64,000 nucleotides of DNA from a bacterium (lineage in GTDB: Bacteria; Arandabacterota; Arandabacteria; Arandabacterales; Arandabacteraceae), in NCBI GenBank assembly GCA_029933125.1, contig JAOZOU010000001.1, forward strand, positions 392,702 to 456,701, read 5' to 3'. The stretch's first letter is position 1, and each line of letters opens with the position of its first letter. The notes under the pieces are model-generated. The model did no database searches and had not been told where the DNA came from. It saw only the letters and a list, made by a program, of their open reading frames with translations. The position numbers and the translations under genes were made by a program. This document shows positions 28,899 through 37,882 of the stretch, piece by piece.

Positions 28899-31232
28899 GT
28901 GAAAACCGGATTTCGTTGCGCGCTCATTGGGCTATTTTTCTTTCTGAGTTTTTCGAACATATCGCTAAGTGCCCCTCTTGGTGATACCCTAACAGTCATC
29001 CAGAGACCAATCCTCAATATCCCTGCCATTGTAAGACCAGGTGATACCTTGAAGATTGAATGTGAGGCTGCAGGTGGTGCAGGTGGATGGGCGGCAGCCC
29101 TGGCTAGAGGCAGCGTGACTATTCCCCTGCCAATTATTGAATCCTCTTACGATGCTTCAACTCTGTGGTGGGAAATAGATGCCCTTGTACCAGATGTTCG
29201 CACATATGAACTTTACGATCTCATTGTGAGGTCTACCTCTCTGGTAGATACTGCTCGCCATGCTGTCAAGATTATACCTGAGTTCAAGACTGACTACTAT
29301 TTCATCCACATCACCGATACCCATCTGCCCACCCACCTTTATTACTTCGAGAACGGTGCAGCAACAGATACTTCGGAGATAGCAGACCTTAGAGAGGTCA
29401 TCAAGGATATCAATATCATCAATCCCGAATTTGTGCTCATAACTGGTGATCTAGTCAATGAGGGTGAGCTAGAAGATTATCTTTCGAGGAGGTATTTCAG
29501 TCGTGCTCAGCATCTCCTTCAGGAATTCCAATTACCCATATACCTCACATCTGGCAACCATGATATTGGGGGTTGGGGCGCCACCCCACCCCCTGATGGT
29601 ACAGCTCGCAAGAACTGGTGGAAATTCTTCGGCTGGAAGCGGCTTAACAATCCTCCCCAAGGCGCACCTTATTACACTCAGGATTATACATTCAACTATG
29701 GCAAGGTTCACTATGTCGGACTCGAAGCTTATATCAACTATGATGGCTGGCGGAGCCAGATATACGGAAGCCAAAGCTTCACAACAGGACAGATGCAATG
29801 GCTGGTTGCTGATCTTTCCCAATCTTCTGCCCCAACCAAGGTTCTCTTCTATCACCGCGACTTTTCCCACCAGATAAATCTGAGTCGTCTTGGAGCTGAC
29901 ATGGCCCTATCTGGTCACATCCATCGTGATGTGGATGATTTCACTCCTCCATATGACATTGCCACCAACAATGTCTGCGATGGTGAAAGATCCTATCGCT
30001 TGATAAGGGTTTCAGATGGCGAGCTCCAACCAGCGCGTACCATCTCAGCCGGCACTGATGGCCGCAATCTTGATGTGAGATACGAGCCATCCAATGACGG
30101 GAGCAACTATGTTGTCACCGCCCTTATAAGCAATAGATTCAATCAACGTTTTGAGAATGCGATGCTGCGATTTTCTATGCCTAATGAAGGCGGTATCAAG
30201 ACTGTCGAGGGGGGCGATCTCTTCCAAATAGAAACAAATGGTGAATATGCCACCTGGTATGTTAATGTTGACATCCATCCAACCTCCGAACAGAAAGTGA
30301 TTGCAAGGCTCGATGTAGTTCCGTCAACTCCACCAAGTGTGACTGTGGTTCAGCCAAACGGTGGCGAGCAGTGGAGTGTCGGCTCAAGGCATGAGATCGT
30401 GTGGAATGCTGAGGATGATCAAGGGATTGAGTCGCTTGACATCCTACTCTCAGGCGATGGTGGGCTTTCATTTGCTGATACGATCGCATCTGGGCAACCT
30501 GACAGTGGCTCCTTTCTCTGGACCGTTTCTCCACTTTCCACATCGCAAGCACGCATAAAGATCGTCGCTCATGATGTAGAAGGGAAAACAGGAGAGGACA
30601 TTAGCGACAATAACTTTTCAATACTTGATATTACACCTCCCGCAGTTACGCTTTATGAGCCCCAGGGTGGTGAGATCTGGGCAATTGATTCCATATATAC
30701 CATAACCTGGTCCGCAAGCGATGACGTAGATGTGACAGCAATTACGATCCTTCTTTCGCGAGATGGCGCTCTGAGTTTTCCCGAAACGTTGGTAACCAAT
30801 GAGACCAACGATGGCACTTATGACTGGAAGGTTTGTGGCGAGCCGACCCGACATGCAAGGGTGATGATAATCGCCTCCGATGAAAGCGGAAATGCTTCGA
30901 GTGATATGAGCTTGAGTGACTTTGAGATCTATGATTCTTCCGCGCCAGGTTCCGAGATCCCTTCTGGGGTTATCATAAGGGCGAGCGCGCCTAATCCCTT
31001 TGATCAGACACTCGTCATCGACTTTGGAATACCAAGTGATGGACAAGTTGATATATCACTCCTTGATGTTAGAGGAAGAAGGGTTTCTCGAGTTGTTGAG
31101 AGAACCTACACTGCGGGATATCACAGGATCGTCTGGACACCTCAAGGTAATCTTAAGCCGGGCATCTATTGGCTTGTTGTTGAGATGGGAGATAGGGTAG
31201 CAGCCTGTAAGATCGTTCGCCTTAGAACTTAA
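28899..31232 (+). CDS. Secreted calcineurin-like metallophosphoesterase with tandem Ig-like domains and a T9SS-type C-terminal sorting domain.
   Basis: It has a signal peptide and the metallophosphatase motifs FIHITDTH, ITGDLVNEG and LTSGNHD. Two internal repeats of about 100 aa follow (VTVVQPNGGEQWSVGSRHEIVWNAEDD and VTLYEPQGGEIWAIDSIYTITWSASDD). The C-terminus NPFDQTLVIDFGIPSDGQVDISLLDVRGRRV...GIYWLVVEMGDRVAACKIVRLR is a Por/T9SS-type C-terminal domain. Confidence 0.75.
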   Translation: MKTGFRCALIGLFFFLSFSNISLSAPLGDTLTVIQRPILNIPAIVRPGDTLKIECEAAGGAGGWAAALARGSVTIPLPIIESSYDASTLWWEIDALVPDVRTYELYDLIVRSTSLVDTARHAVKIIPEFKTDYYFIHITDTHLPTHLYYFENGAATDTSEIADLREVIKDINIINPEFVLITGDLVNEGELEDYLSRRYFSRAQHLLQEFQLPIYLTSGNHDIGGWGATPPPDGTARKNWWKFFGWKRLNNPPQGAPYYTQDYTFNYGKVHYVGLEAYINYDGWRSQIYGSQSFTTGQMQWLVADLSQSSAPTKVLFYHRDFSHQINLSRLGADMALSGHIHRDVDDFTPPYDIATNNVCDGERSYRLIRVSDGELQPARTISAGTDGRNLDVRYEPSNDGSNYVVTALISNRFNQRFENAMLRFSMPNEGGIKTVEGGDLFQIETNGEYATWYVNVDIHPTSEQKVIARLDVVPSTPPSVTVVQPNGGEQWSVGSRHEIVWNAEDDQGIESLDILLSGDGGLSFADTIASGQPDSGSFLWTVSPLSTSQARIKIVAHDVEGKTGEDISDNNFSILDITPPAVTLYEPQGGEIWAIDSIYTITWSASDDVDVTAITILLSRDGALSFPETLVTNETNDGTYDWKVCGEPTRHARVMIIASDESGNASSDMSLSDFEIYDSSAPGSEIPSGVIIRASAPNPFDQTLVIDFGIPSDGQVDISLLDVRGRRVSRVVERTYTAGYHRIVWTPQGNLKPGIYWLVVEMGDRVAACKIVRLRT

Positions 31233-31252
31233 GCAAATGGGGATTCAGAGGA

Positions 31253-31849
31253 ATGTCTAAAACAGAATCAGGAGTAATCTGCATCCTTGGAAGCCCGAGG
31301 CGAGAGGGCAACACTGACAGACTTGCAAGCGAATTCCTGAAGGGTGTGGAAAGCAAGGGCTATCACTCAAGAGTGATAATCCCGACCGAGCTCGATATAA
31401 GTTGGTGTGACGGCTCCAATCAGTGCTTCCGTGATGGGCTATGCATCATTCGTGATGGAATGAATGAGATCTATGAGGAAATCCTAGAGGCGTCGCATCT
31501 CGTAATTGCGACACCTGTTTACTTCATGGGTCCACCTGGATCACTTAAATCCTTTATCGACCGCTTCCAGGCTGTCTGGGCACGTACAGCGATTCTAAAG
31601 ACCTTTGATCCAGATGATGAGCTCTGGCGCTCGAAACACAAAGCCTTTGTCATCATTGCAGCTGCATCTGAAAAGCCAAATATGATTCGTCCTACGAGGA
31701 GCATTTTGAAAGCCTTTCTCAACATAATAGGTTTCACCTACGCTGGGGAGCTCATAGCAACTGGCCTCGACCGAAGAGGCGATGTTCTGATTCGCGAGGA
31801 TCTCCTCAAGAAGGCTTATGAGGCTGGCTCTTGCTTTGTAGGATCATAG
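31253..31849 (+). CDS. NADPH-dependent FMN reductase / flavodoxin-like fold protein.
   Basis: The N-terminus ICILGSPRREGNTDRLA and HLVIATPVYFMGPPGSLKSFIDR are typical of the FMN_red/flavodoxin_2 family. It is probably co-transcribed with the upstream gene (20-nt gap). Confidence 0.7.
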   Translation: MSKTESGVICILGSPRREGNTDRLASEFLKGVESKGYHSRVIIPTELDISWCDGSNQCFRDGLCIIRDGMNEIYEEILEASHLVIATPVYFMGPPGSLKSFIDRFQAVWARTAILKTFDPDDELWRSKHKAFVIIAAASEKPNMIRPTRSILKAFLNIIGFTYAGELIATGLDRRGDVLIREDLLKKAYEAGSCFVGS

Positions 31850-31906
31850 CTAAGAAGTTCACCAGATTTTGAAAGCCTTAGTGCACAAGCACATTCCTGG
31901 GACTTC

Positions 31907-33058
31907 CTACTTAAGCATCTCCGCAGGACGTGTAAAGTCCCTGTAGAGGCTAAAGCTTGAGAAGATATCCTGCGCTATGATTGGCTTGCCGGTTGTCATG
32001 AGGCTAACAATATTCCTGGCGATGCCAGGTCCCAACATGAGCCCCTGTCCACAGAAGCCAACCGCAACAAAGAGGGTTTCACTCCCCTCAAGGCGATCAA
32101 CTATAGGCACGCCATCTGGTGTCATCGGGTAAAGACCACGCCATGTGCGTCTTACCCTGATATTTCTCAATCTTGGGAAGAGGCGAATCAGGCGCCTTGC
32201 TGCCTGAGGTAGAAACCCAGAAGTTGCATTGCGACTGAAGCCGGGTATGATGGGATCTGGTGTGAGGCAAAAAACAATGTGCCCGCCTTGCTCCTGATAG
32301 AAATAGAAATTCTTTGAGCCCGGGAATCTTCTCATATCAACAACGAGAGGCTTGAAGAAAGTTTGCACAGGTTCGGTGACACCACCCTCGTGGCAGTCAG
32401 GTTCGACGGGAAGATCAACGCCCATGAGTTTGCCAACCCGGTATGCATTAGCGCCAGCAGCATTAAGAACCTTCCCGGTTGAATATGAACCCTTGGTGGT
32501 GACAACATCAACTGACTTACCCCTATCCTTTATTCCTACAACCTTCTCACCAAATGCAAACTCGACGCCAATCTTCAACGCCTGGCGATAGAATGCTCGG
32601 TTGGCAAGTAAGGGTGAGACATTTCCATCCTCGGGTGAATAGGTACCACCGCGTAGACCATTTCCATCAAGTCCTGGCAGAAGTTTGAGGATTTCATGGC
32701 AATCCAGCCAGTCGATGTTCAACCCGTAGCGCTTCTGGACCTTTAGAAGTTCCTTGAGACTGTTCTCATCGTCCTCGTCATAGACAGGAAAGCAATAGCC
32801 ACCCCTCTGGAAATGGATATCATCGCCATAGGTCTCCTTCCAGGTGCTGAAGATTTCGAGACTGAGCTGGCAAACCTGGATCTTGGCAGGGTCCGAATGA
32901 GTTGCCCTTACCCCACCAATTGCGCTCTTATTCTGGCCCTGGCCAGGCGAAACAAGTTCATCTACGACAAGGACTCGGAGTCCCTCCTTACCAAGAAAAA
33001 AGGCGGTTGGCAGACCCACGCTACCAGCTCCAATAACCACTACATCGTAAGATGCCAT
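31907..33058 (-). CDS. FAD-dependent oxidoreductase of the DAO family (SoxB/HcnC/OoxB-like beta subunit).
   Basis: The N-terminal dinucleotide-binding motif is YDVVVIGAGSVGLPTAFFL. The 383-aa product lies 5 nt downstream of the alpha-like subunit. Confidence 0.7.
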   Translation of the reverse strand: MASYDVVVIGAGSVGLPTAFFLGKEGLRVLVVDELVSPGQGQNKSAIGGVRATHSDPAKIQVCQLSLEIFSTWKETYGDDIHFQRGGYCFPVYDEDDENSLKELLKVQKRYGLNIDWLDCHEILKLLPGLDGNGLRGGTYSPEDGNVSPLLANRAFYRQALKIGVEFAFGEKVVGIKDRGKSVDVVTTKGSYSTGKVLNAAGANAYRVGKLMGVDLPVEPDCHEGGVTEPVQTFFKPLVVDMRRFPGSKNFYFYQEQGGHIVFCLTPDPIIPGFSRNATSGFLPQAARRLIRLFPRLRNIRVRRTWRGLYPMTPDGVPIVDRLEGSETLFVAVGFCGQGLMLGPGIARNIVSLMTTGKPIIAQDIFSSFSLYRDFTRPAEMLK

Positions 33059-33063
33059 CTCGT

Positions 33064-35148
33064 TTACTTATTTCCTTCCTTATCCGCTCCTCGTTGCTCG
33101 GAGACTTCACCTGCAAGCACACGAAGCGTGACCTCCGCAACAAGTGGACGCTTGGTGAAGCGTACAACCTCTTCCGTATTAATTCCCTCCTCCTGGAATA
33201 GCTGGAGTATGAGCGGCTCACATGTTTTCCCACCACATGCCCCCATGCCACACCTCAGCACCTTAAGCTGGTTGAGATCCCTCACGCCAGATCTTATCAA
33301 TTGACGTATCTCGCCAGCCGTCACACGCTCGCACCTGCAAACGATGTAATCATCATCTCCCAGGGTCTTCTCTGATCGCCTTGCATCAAAAGACTCCTGG
33401 AGCCGCAATCCCGCAATGCGAATAGCCTCATCAGGTCGGACTCTCAGCTTCACAAGCTTTGTGCGGTCATAAACCTTCCTTTCCAGGATGTCCTCAATGC
33501 TTGCCTTGCAGACAAAGTTGCCATCGATATCAACTGCCTCGACTGTTCCACCCACCTTGACCCGCTCATCATTCACCTCAAGGGGGACGGTGACATAGGC
33601 TTGGTCATCATTGCGAAGGTCAACCAGTGTGATGGCAAGCCCTGGGCAGGCTGCAACACAAAGTGTGCAGCCCGTGCATTCATCTTTTACAACCTGGGGG
33701 ATACCAAGTACTGGATCTCCCTTCATCTCGATCATGTTCTTGGGACAAACGTGGATACAGGGATCGCACGGAATCTCCTGGATACACCTTATGATGGGAA
33801 AGAGCTTCGATGGCGGAATAGTGACATCGAGGCTAGTTGTCTTTCCAGGCTTGCTTTTAAGAATATTGAGCCGTACTTGCCAATCACCGGGTATATCGCA
33901 AGCCTTACCGAGACTCCTCGCAATCTCTCTTCCAGCAATTCTGCCTGAGAAGATTGCAGCTGATGCTTCAGCAATCTCAAGAGCATCACCTGCACAGTAG
34001 GCTTTCATACCAAATGATCTTGCCTGCTCATAGAGCTCACTAATCGGATTGAGCCCGACAGCAACCAGCACTGTATCAGCCTCAAAGGTTCGCTCCGTGC
34101 CATCGATGGGTCGGAAGCGTTTATCCACCTTAGCGATTGTCACCGATTCAACCCTGTCAGTGCCGTCCACCCTCTTGATCGTATGTGAAGTCCAGACGGG
34201 CACTCCAAGGCGCTTTATCTTGTCCTGATGCACCTTGTAGCCTCCAACTTGCGGCATGGCTTCAACCAGTCCAACGACATTTATGCCAGCCTGAATTGCA
34301 TGGTAGGCAGCTATGAGACCTACGTTGCCCCCACCAACTACAAACAGCCTATGAGCTGCTTTGACGAGATCTCGGTTGACAAGAGTCTGGAAGGCACCAG
34401 CACCATAGACGCCTGGGAGATCACATCCCGGGAAGGCAAGTGCACGCTCACGAGCACCAGCAGCCACCAGGAGACGTTTAGGTTTTATGAGAAGATACTT
34501 CTCGCCACTTACAATTCCTATTTTGCGATCCTCAAAGCAGCCAACAGCAGTCGAGTTAAGCATAACTCTGATGTTGGGGAATTTGCTCACCTCATCACTT
34601 AGTTTCTTTGCAATATCGATCCCGCGAGTTCCTGCATAACAATCAGCAACTGTACCAAAGAAGGAATGGGTTTGGAGAACAAGCTTGCCTCCGAGAATGT
34701 GCTTGTCATCAACTATGATTACATCAATCCCGTAAGCTGCCAGCTCTAAGGAAGCAGTTATTCCCGAGGGTCCACCGCCTATTATGAGCACATCTGTCCC
34801 AAGTGTTTCGATCTCCTCGAAGTGCTCAGGGGGTCTGTCATCGGGGGGGAGCTCCGGCAACTCATCACAGGGAACGATATGCATACCTGGCTTCACCTGT
34901 GTCATGCAACCCTTCACAGGAATCCCATCAGCAATGACCATACATTGAGCACATTGACCATTTGCACAGAAAAGTCCCTGAGGGCTGCCATCCTTGACAT
35001 GATGACCAAATATCTTTATGCCATTGGCAAAAAGAGCCGATGTGATGACCTCACCCTGCCTGGCAAGGAGCTCCTTCCCCTTGAAATAGAAACGTACCTT
35101 AGGCTTGTCCTCAACCTCAAGGATAGGATGTCTCTCTATTCGATCCAT
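33064..35148 (-). CDS. Multidomain Fe-S flavoprotein alpha-like subunit of the SoxA/HcnB/OoxA class (2Fe-2S + FAD/NAD(P)-binding + 4Fe-4S + BFD-like 2Fe-2S).
   Basis: It has an N-terminal 2Fe-2S-type Cys cluster (CANGQCAQCMV...GC), two GxGxxG Rossmann motifs (IIGGGPSGITASL, VVGGGNVGLIAA), a CTGCTLCVAACP ferredoxin motif, and a C-terminal BFD-like CRCERVTAGEI...CGMGACGGKTC. Confidence 0.7.
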   Translation of the reverse strand: MDRIERHPILEVEDKPKVRFYFKGKELLARQGEVITSALFANGIKIFGHHVKDGSPQGLFCANGQCAQCMVIADGIPVKGCMTQVKPGMHIVPCDELPELPPDDRPPEHFEEIETLGTDVLIIGGGPSGITASLELAAYGIDVIIVDDKHILGGKLVLQTHSFFGTVADCYAGTRGIDIAKKLSDEVSKFPNIRVMLNSTAVGCFEDRKIGIVSGEKYLLIKPKRLLVAAGARERALAFPGCDLPGVYGAGAFQTLVNRDLVKAAHRLFVVGGGNVGLIAAYHAIQAGINVVGLVEAMPQVGGYKVHQDKIKRLGVPVWTSHTIKRVDGTDRVESVTIAKVDKRFRPIDGTERTFEADTVLVAVGLNPISELYEQARSFGMKAYCAGDALEIAEASAAIFSGRIAGREIARSLGKACDIPGDWQVRLNILKSKPGKTTSLDVTIPPSKLFPIIRCIQEIPCDPCIHVCPKNMIEMKGDPVLGIPQVVKDECTGCTLCVAACPGLAITLVDLRNDDQAYVTVPLEVNDERVKVGGTVEAVDIDGNFVCKASIEDILERKVYDRTKLVKLRVRPDEAIRIAGLRLQESFDARRSEKTLGDDDYIVCRCERVTAGEIRQLIRSGVRDLNQLKVLRCGMGACGGKTCEPLILQLFQEEGINTEEVVRFTKRPLVAEVTLRVLAGEVSEQRGADKEGNK

Positions 35149-35422
35149 CGCTATGGCTGCCTTCCCATATCAATCAGCCATCGAGTAACTGCCTATGTTC
35201 AATGGCGTTAGCATACATCCAGATATCCTTGTGATGATAACATTGAAGCAGGCGATAGTCAAAACTCATAAAATTCCCATTGCGGGCAAATGTTACCCTG
35301 GATTCGCCATCCTGCTTGTGAGCTTGAAACACACGACAGGCAAGAATTGACACAGCCATGAGCGAGTGATAAACTCACCGAGTTCTTTGTGAAGAATATG
35401 GCGCTCATCTGGAGAAGAGCTC

Positions 35423-36544
35423 ATGAAACTATTCTTCCACCATATTGCAATTGGGTTTTGTGTTATCATCACTTCCGGGATATGTTTTGGCGCAGCCTCA
35501 ATAACCTCCGTCACGGCAATTGATACCCCAGACGATGCTGGTGAGAGCATTATGCTTGAGTGGGAGGCGACGGGGGAGAGCCCCATAATCATAACGCGGG
35601 CGCCTAAGCCTGAAGGCCCCTTCGAAGTGATCGGTAAAGGACTGGCATCTGATGGTCATTACACTGACAATGGCGTAGAGGATGGGAAACCCTATTACTA
35701 CCGCATTGGAATTGTCACTGATCACGATACGACTTATACCACCGCAGCAGGGCCTGCCATATCCAAAAGTAACTGGTTTCGTAAGCATCGCCTCAATGCT
35801 CTGATCCTCACAATCCTAATGTTCGCACTTCTTGTCTACTTCATTGAGGCAGCGAAGAAGGGTAAGAACCTTTACATAAGGCGCATAGCAGGACTGAGTG
35901 CGCTTGAGGAGGCAATAGGCAGAGCAACTGAGATGGGAAAGAAGATTCTCTATATTCCTGGTATCCTAAGTATCAGTGAGATTCAGACAATTGCAAGCCT
36001 TTCCATCTTGGGATACGTGGCCAAACTCACTGCTACCTATGGTGCTAACATGGAAGTCCCCAACATCGATCCCCTCACATATTCGGCTGCCCGTGAGACA
36101 GTGAAGCAATCCTATATGGAAGCAGGTAAGCCTGATAAGTTCAGGGATGATATGGTCACATACATTACCTATGATCAGTTTGCTTATGCAGCTGCGGTTA
36201 CCGGTAAGATGGTAAGAGAGAGGCCTGCTGCTCACTTCTTCATAGGTTCCTTCTATGCTGAATCCCTGATTCTTGCTGAAACTGGCTACAGTACTGGCGC
36301 TATCCAGATTGCCGGCACAGCCGATCTTGCCCAGCTTCCCTTCTTCGTTACAACGTGCGATTACACTTTGATCGGTGAGGAACTCTATGCAGCAAGCGCT
36401 TACCTTTCACGTGAACCAGTGCTCCTCGGTAGCATAAAGGCGCAGGATATCATCAAGGCCATTCTTATGATGGTGATTGGCGCTGGAATCATAAGTTTCG
36501 CCTTTGGATCTGAGTTCATACGCAATCTTCTCCTCACAAAATAA
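35423..36544 (+). CDS. Membrane protein of unknown function with an Fn3-like ectodomain.
   Basis: It has a signal peptide, an extracytoplasmic domain of about 90 aa with W...YYYRIG hallmarks, a transmembrane helix, and a conserved-looking cytoplasmic domain of about 230 aa ending in a second hydrophobic helix. No family is recognised. Confidence 0.5.
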   Translation: MKLFFHHIAIGFCVIITSGICFGAASITSVTAIDTPDDAGESIMLEWEATGESPIIITRAPKPEGPFEVIGKGLASDGHYTDNGVEDGKPYYYRIGIVTDHDTTYTTAAGPAISKSNWFRKHRLNALILTILMFALLVYFIEAAKKGKNLYIRRIAGLSALEEAIGRATEMGKKILYIPGILSISEIQTIASLSILGYVAKLTATYGANMEVPNIDPLTYSAARETVKQSYMEAGKPDKFRDDMVTYITYDQFAYAAAVTGKMVRERPAAHFFIGSFYAESLILAETGYSTGAIQIAGTADLAQLPFFVTTCDYTLIGEELYAASAYLSREPVLLGSIKAQDIIKAILMMVIGAGIISFAFGSEFIRNLLLTK

Positions 36545-36563
36545 GAAACGCCAGCCTTGCGTA

Positions 36564-36770
36564 TCACTCTGTTCCCGTGCTTTTCCCCTGCAATGCTGGC
36601 CATTCAGCGAATGCGAGGTAAAAGATCATGACAAGATTAACAATTGGTAGGACCATGAGAAGTGAAAGCGCTCCAGGGAATCCAGCCTTGCTGAAGATAC
36701 GCCAGAATGGTAAGACCACAATAAGCGCTATCAGAATCATCGACAAGAGTATGCTGCCTGCAGTCACCAT
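36564..36770 (-). CDS. Small two-transmembrane membrane protein of the DUF5684-like type.
   Basis: It is 68 aa with the motif WRIFSKAGFPGALSLLMVLPIVNLVMIFYLAF, which is typical of a widespread family of tiny membrane proteins. Confidence 0.45.
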   Translation of the reverse strand: MVTAGSILLSMILIALIVVLPFWRIFSKAGFPGALSLLMVLPIVNLVMIFYLAFAEWPALQGKSTGTE

Positions 36771-36892
36771 CTTCGCCCTCCTTTGCAGAAACGATTAGCG
36801 CGGCACCCAATGTGGGCAATATGTTTCTCATACTGCTATTTAGCTCCACAATACCGCCGGGAGATCTGAGAAACTCCTGATGAGTGTGTAGC

Positions 36893-37486
36893 CTAAGGTT
36901 TCCACACCTCCCAGACTTTGCCAACAAGCCCTGGTCCAGGCTTCAGAGTAACCTGCCCGACCTGCCACCCCGATGGTGTCACCTCGCCTGTGTTCCGCAC
37001 ATGCTGAAATGCCTTTATCTGACGAATGAGCTCATCAGGATTACGGCCCACCTCCGGTGTCAGGACTTCCATTGCACGAATCACAAAATCGGGATCGATT
37101 ATGAAACGCCCTCTGATATCAACACCAGCCGCTTCATCATAAACACCATAGATTGCTCCAATCCTGCCGCCGGCATCCGAAAGCATGGGGAAGGGAACAC
37201 CACCCTCAACCATCTTTGAAAGCTCCTGCTCCTGCCAGATCTTATGAACGAAACGGCTATCGGTACTCATTGAGAGCACTTCAACTCCCATTGCCTTAAG
37301 CTCCTGATAGCGGGCAGCGACCGCTGCCAATTCTGTCGGTCAGACAAATGTGAAGTCACCAGGATAGAAGCAAAGCACAATCCATTGACCCTTGTAGTCG
37401 GATAGTTTTACTGGCTTGAATCCATAGTCTCTTACAAATGCGGTAGCTTCAAAATCAGGAGCTGGTTTGCCAACTCTTGCAATCAT
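36893..37486 (-). CDS. Selenocysteine-containing peroxiredoxin (AhpC/Prx1 family, PrxU-like), with an in-frame UGA at the peroxidatic Cys position.
   Basis: Two collinear in-frame ORFs are separated only by TGA at 37340..37342. The joined product reads [14 protein letters not shown]...[34 protein letters not shown], which matches the FYPxDFTFVCPTE peroxiredoxin active site. An AGGAGG ribosome-binding site lies 7 nt before the ATG at 37486. The C-terminal resolving Cys is absent (GEVTPSGW), so this is a 1-Cys/Sec type. Confidence 0.8.
37313..37328 (-). promoter_or_regulatory. Putative SECIS hairpin 11 nt downstream of the in-frame UGA.
   Basis: The mRNA reads UGA-CCGACAGAAUU-GGCAGC-GGUC-GCUGCC, giving a perfect 6-bp GC-rich stem with a GGUC apical loop (G/U-containing, as in bacterial SECIS elements). 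Confidence 0.45.
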
Positions 37487-37827
37487 CCCGACTCCTCCTG
37501 AAAGCTTTCTTCCCCCGTATGCCTCTCCCGCTTCTTCCTCAGGGAGCAGCGGACCCCTTGCAGGCTGGACACATCCATCCTTAAGCTCTGCCATAGCCAC
37601 CTCCTCGTTTAAGAGCGACCTATTCTCGAAATGACACCTTTGGCTAATCTTGAATCCGTAACAATCCTGTCAACTTTCTCCTTATAGCTCAAACCAAAAC
37701 CTCGTAAAGGTCAATCGGATTTTTGGCAATCGCAATATCGCTGGGCCCAAGGGTAGGATGCCAACATGCGGATATACTTACCAAGGGAAAGATCCTAGCC
37801 CTGCATGAAGAACTGCTAACCCTCTTC

Positions 37828-37850
37828 GAAGGCTCCGTCAAGGAGCCTTC
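37828..37850. other. Perfect 9-bp inverted repeat (GAAGGCTCC-N5-GGAGCCTTC) in the intergenic region between the M1 peptidase and the peroxiredoxin. It may be a terminator or a regulatory hairpin.
   Basis: The repeat is visible in the sequence and has no flanking U-tract on either strand. Confidence 0.3.
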
Positions 37851-37882
37851 CTTCGGCAAGATGCCTTATCCTAGGCCAAACC

